A stretch of 63,215 nt of DNA from Bacteroidota bacterium. Its GTDB lineage: Bacteria > Bacteroidota > Bacteroidia > Bacteroidales > VadinHA17. Numbering within the stretch: position 1 is the first letter of the stretch; each line of letters opens with the position of its first letter. The notes under the pieces are model-generated. The model searched no databases. It saw nothing but the letters and a program-made list of their open reading frames with translations, and was not told the DNA's origin. This document shows, piece after piece, positions 60,240 through 63,215 of the stretch. The position numbers and the translations under genes are program-made. The stretch covers positions 1 through 63,215 of the forward strand of contig JAUZNW010000001.1 in assembly GCA_030706785.1 (NCBI GenBank), written 5' to 3'.

Positions 60240-61985
60240 TTGTTCACTATAATGATACTTCTTCGCATTTTACTTATCAGCGCATTATTTATCAACCAAA
60301 TAGATCTTGATCCAAAAGACAATAAAGACAATGCTGTATTTATTTCGCCCGTTAAAATGCCTCTATCACTTTCAGCGAGCTTTGGTGAATTAAGGATCGA
60401 TCACTTCCATTCGGGTCTTGATATAAGGACTCAGGGAGTAACCGGTAAAGAAGTGGTGGCCACAGCTGCTGGTTACGTGTACAGGATAAGCGTTTCACCC
60501 GGAGGTTTCGGTAAGGCACTTTACCTCCGCCATACTTCGGGATATGAAACTGTGTATGGCCATCTTGACCGGTTCATTCCCGAAATTGAAGATTATGTTG
60601 TCTCAGGACAGTACGAGAATAAAAGCTACATGGTGACACTCTGGCCGCCCAAAGATAAATTCATGTTCAACCAGGGCGATATAATAGCTTTTTCAGGCAA
60701 CACAGGCAGCTCATCGGGCCCGCATTTACACTATGAGATAAGAAAGGCAGATGAAGAGTTACCCGTCAATCCTCTCACGTTCGGATTTGGAGTAACTGAT
60801 GATTACCGGCCTGTAATTGAGAGGTTGATAATATATCCTGAAAGCAACAATACTCTTATCAATAACCATAATAAGATACTGAAATTCAATGTATCCGGAA
60901 ACAACGGCCACTATAGCCTGAATCCGGGTGCTGAAATCACTATCAGCGGATCGGCAGGATTTGGTTTACAGGCATACGATTTAGTCAATAACAGCAACAG
61001 CAAATGCTCAGTGTATTCGATCGAGCTCAGGGTTGACAGCCTGCCAGTTTTCAGTTACCTTATGGATGCGTTTTCGTTCAATGAATCCCGCTATATAAAC
61101 AGCCATATTGACTATGAAACTTATCTGAAAGAGGATGTTTATGTCGAACGGGCGTTTGTGCTTCCCAATGACAAATTATCACTTTATCATAATGTTAAGA
61201 ACAGGGGAATTGTTAGCTTCAACGATGATAAAAGACATCATATTGAGATCATAACCGCGGATGTAAGCAACAATAAATCAATCCTTTCCTTTTATGCCAG
61301 ATCTACAGTCCCTGTAAAGCAGGCAGTGGGAGACAAGACCAATAGCAATAATTCTGCAATAATGCCATTCAATCGCACTAACAGGTTAGTGTCGGGAAAT
61401 GTGATCGTAAGCATTCCATCGGGTGCGCTCTATGATACGCTGAGGTTTGAATTCTCACGTATTCCGTGCAAGAGTAACATGTGTTCAGATATTTACAATA
61501 TCCATAACAGGTATACTCCTGTGCATAAGCCATATACACTGTCGATAAAACCTGACAGTATCCCTTCCGGCAAAGAATCGAAACTGCTGATAATTCAGCT
61601 TTCTGAAGAAATGAAAAAAATTCCCCTTCCAAGCTGGTGGGCAAATGGTTACCTGAATGCAAATCCTTCTGTATTCGGTACATTTTTCGTCGGAATTGAT
61701 ACTGTTCCTCCACAGATATCTTTAAACGGATTTGCTCAGGGAGCCAATATGTCAGGCAGGACAGAGATAAGGATCAAGATCAATGACGATCTCTCAGGGA
61801 TAAAATCATATGATCCGCAAATTGACGGGAAATGGGCTCTGTTCGAGTATGATCAGAAGAATAACCTGCTTGTTTACCGGTTCGATGAAAAGCGAATCAT
61901 GAAAGGAATGAAACATGACTTTGTCCTTCATGTCACAGACAACTGTGGTAATGTCAGTAAAATAGACCGCCAGTTTATATGGTAA
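60240..61985 (+). CDS. M23 family metallopeptidase
   Basis: HFHSGLD (HxxxD), YGHL and SGNTGSSSGPHLHYEIR (HxH). Confidence 0.92.
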   Translation: MFTIMILLRILLISALFINQIDLDPKDNKDNAVFISPVKMPLSLSASFGELRIDHFHSGLDIRTQGVTGKEVVATAAGYVYRISVSPGGFGKALYLRHTSGYETVYGHLDRFIPEIEDYVVSGQYENKSYMVTLWPPKDKFMFNQGDIIAFSGNTGSSSGPHLHYEIRKADEELPVNPLTFGFGVTDDYRPVIERLIIYPESNNTLINNHNKILKFNVSGNNGHYSLNPGAEITISGSAGFGLQAYDLVNNSNSKCSVYSIELRVDSLPVFSYLMDAFSFNESRYINSHIDYETYLKEDVYVERAFVLPNDKLSLYHNVKNRGIVSFNDDKRHHIEIITADVSNNKSILSFYARSTVPVKQAVGDKTNSNNSAIMPFNRTNRLVSGNVIVSIPSGALYDTLRFEFSRIPCKSNMCSDIYNIHNRYTPVHKPYTLSIKPDSIPSGKESKLLIIQLSEEMKKIPLPSWWANGYLNANPSVFGTFFVGIDTVPPQISLNGFAQGANMSGRTEIRIKINDDLSGIKSYDPQIDGKWALFEYDQKNNLLVYRFDEKRIMKGMKHDFVLHVTDNCGNVSKIDRQFIW

Positions 61986-61989
61986 CAGG

Positions 61990-62892
61990 TTATGAGTATA
62001 TCCGTGCAGGATAAATACCCTTGCGGATCATCTGCTTTAGACTTTCGACAACATACGGCTTATCTTCCCGGTAAGTAACGCCGAACCACCTTTCATTCGT
62101 CATCAGTATCTTGATGGTGATTTCACCTGTCTTTACAAACTTATCAACAGAGGTGGGTATATCCAGCTCGGACTTCGGGTCCATGCCACGTTCATTAATG
62201 AAGTTTGTGAATTCTTTTGCCAGAAAATCAAAGCAGGATGGCTTGAATCCCCACAGATTCATCGAGACAATCTCACTGCCCGTAAAATGAAGCTGTGTTC
62301 CGTCAGCTCCCGGCGCGACAGCGCCTGTTTTGGTTTTTTCTATCTGGCGTGTTTCGACTATTTTGCTCAGTAAGCCGTTATCTCCGGCCTGGCAAATGCC
62401 ACGATTGACATGACCATGTTCCGATAACGTATTCCCAAGCTTATAGCCGACTATGCAATAATTGTTAGGATCTTTGTCATTTACCAGGAAGTCCATAAGG
62501 ATATTAAAGGAATCAACGCCATAGTAATCATCAGCATTTATCACACCGAATGGTTCCTTTATCTTGTCCCTTGCAACCAGAATTGCATGACTTGTACCCC
62601 ATGGTTTTTGCCTTTCCGGAGATACCTTAATCCCGGCCGGAATATCGTGTAAGTCCTGGAACACATAGTCAACCTCCATCTTGCCCTGGAGTTTTTCAAC
62701 GAATCTCTCCTTTACCTGCTCTTCGATATCCCTTCTGATCACAAAAATGATCTTGCCGAAACCAGCACGGATTGAATCATATATTGAGTAATCAATTATT
62801 GTTTCACCTGAAGGACCCACTTCATCGAGCTGTTTGTTACCGCCATAGCGGGTTCCCATACCGGCAGCCAATACCAAGAGAGATGGTTTCAT
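61990..62892 (-). CDS. Sugar-phosphate nucleotidyltransferase
   Basis: LAAGMGTRYGG.KQ, KPWGTSHA, INADDYYG and WFGVTY. Start placed at the ATG at 62892. Confidence 0.9.
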   Translation of the reverse strand: MKPSLLVLAAGMGTRYGGNKQLDEVGPSGETIIDYSIYDSIRAGFGKIIFVIRRDIEEQVKERFVEKLQGKMEVDYVFQDLHDIPAGIKVSPERQKPWGTSHAILVARDKIKEPFGVINADDYYGVDSFNILMDFLVNDKDPNNYCIVGYKLGNTLSEHGHVNRGICQAGDNGLLSKIVETRQIEKTKTGAVAPGADGTQLHFTGSEIVSMNLWGFKPSCFDFLAKEFTNFINERGMDPKSELDIPTSVDKFVKTGEITIKILMTNERWFGVTYREDKPYVVESLKQMIRKGIYPARIYS

Positions 62893-62964
62893 AAGACAAG
62901 GTTTTTGTTTACACAATTATAAAGAAAATATTGTTACTTTTAGTTAACCGAATGAATTTTGTCC

Positions 62965-63215
62965 GTGGAGTGTAAGCTCGAGATATGCGTCGACAGCGTT
63001 GAATCCGCAATCAATGCACAGATTGCCGGAGCTGACCGTGTTGAGATGTGCGATAACCTCATGGAGGGAGGAACCACTCCAGGCTATGGTACTATATTAT
63101 CAGCCAGGAGTAATCTTGATATCGGTCTCCATGTCATTATAAGGCCAAGGGGCGGCGATTTTCTATATTCAGACCTTGAGTATGACATAATGAGAAGGGA
63201 TATAGATCTGTGCGG
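62965..63215 (+). CDS. cutC: CutC family protein (partial, runs off the window end; not in the ORF track)
   Basis: GTG start; MECKLEICVDSVESAINAQIAGADRVEMCDNLMEGGTTPG...VIIRPRGGDFLYS. Confidence 0.92.
   Translation, partial: MECKLEICVDSVESAINAQIAGADRVEMCDNLMEGGTTPGYGTILSARSNLDIGLHVIIRPRGGDFLYSDLEYDIMRRDIDLC

Overview
Window from a Bacteroidota chromosome, probably Bacteroidales (TAnnTTTG promoter boxes, zapB-zapA-6S-rny order, btu locus with btuG). Most of it is housekeeping: tRNA-Arg, two tandem fused LeuC-LeuD/homoaconitase-like enzymes with an AraC regulator, a cobalamin-riboswitch-controlled btuB-G-F-C-D operon, yidC/pyrG, queE, pyrBI, an RND efflux operon, sugar-nucleotide epimerases, rny/6S/zapA, an M23 peptidase and a partial cutC. 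The standout is a ~9.5 kb block (26920-36404). It encodes a C39-peptidase ABC exporter and HlyD adaptor, an ECF sigma factor, a membrane-anchored TPR-CHAT (caspase-like) protease, a TM-TPR anti-sigma-like protein and a sensorless degenerate histidine kinase. It also holds a 45-aa double-glycine precursor peptide (34449-34586) that the ORF track misses. I infer a peptide-pheromone -> CHAT protease -> anti-sigma cleavage -> ECF sigma signalling circuit; this is inference, not demonstrated. Other notable items are a candidate ~190-nt rod-shaped ncRNA with its own promoter and upstream 21-bp-period AraC-like repeats (5200-5570), a degenerate tRNA copy, and short palindromes that recur inside structured RNAs. 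All calls come from reading the sequence by eye; no searches were run.
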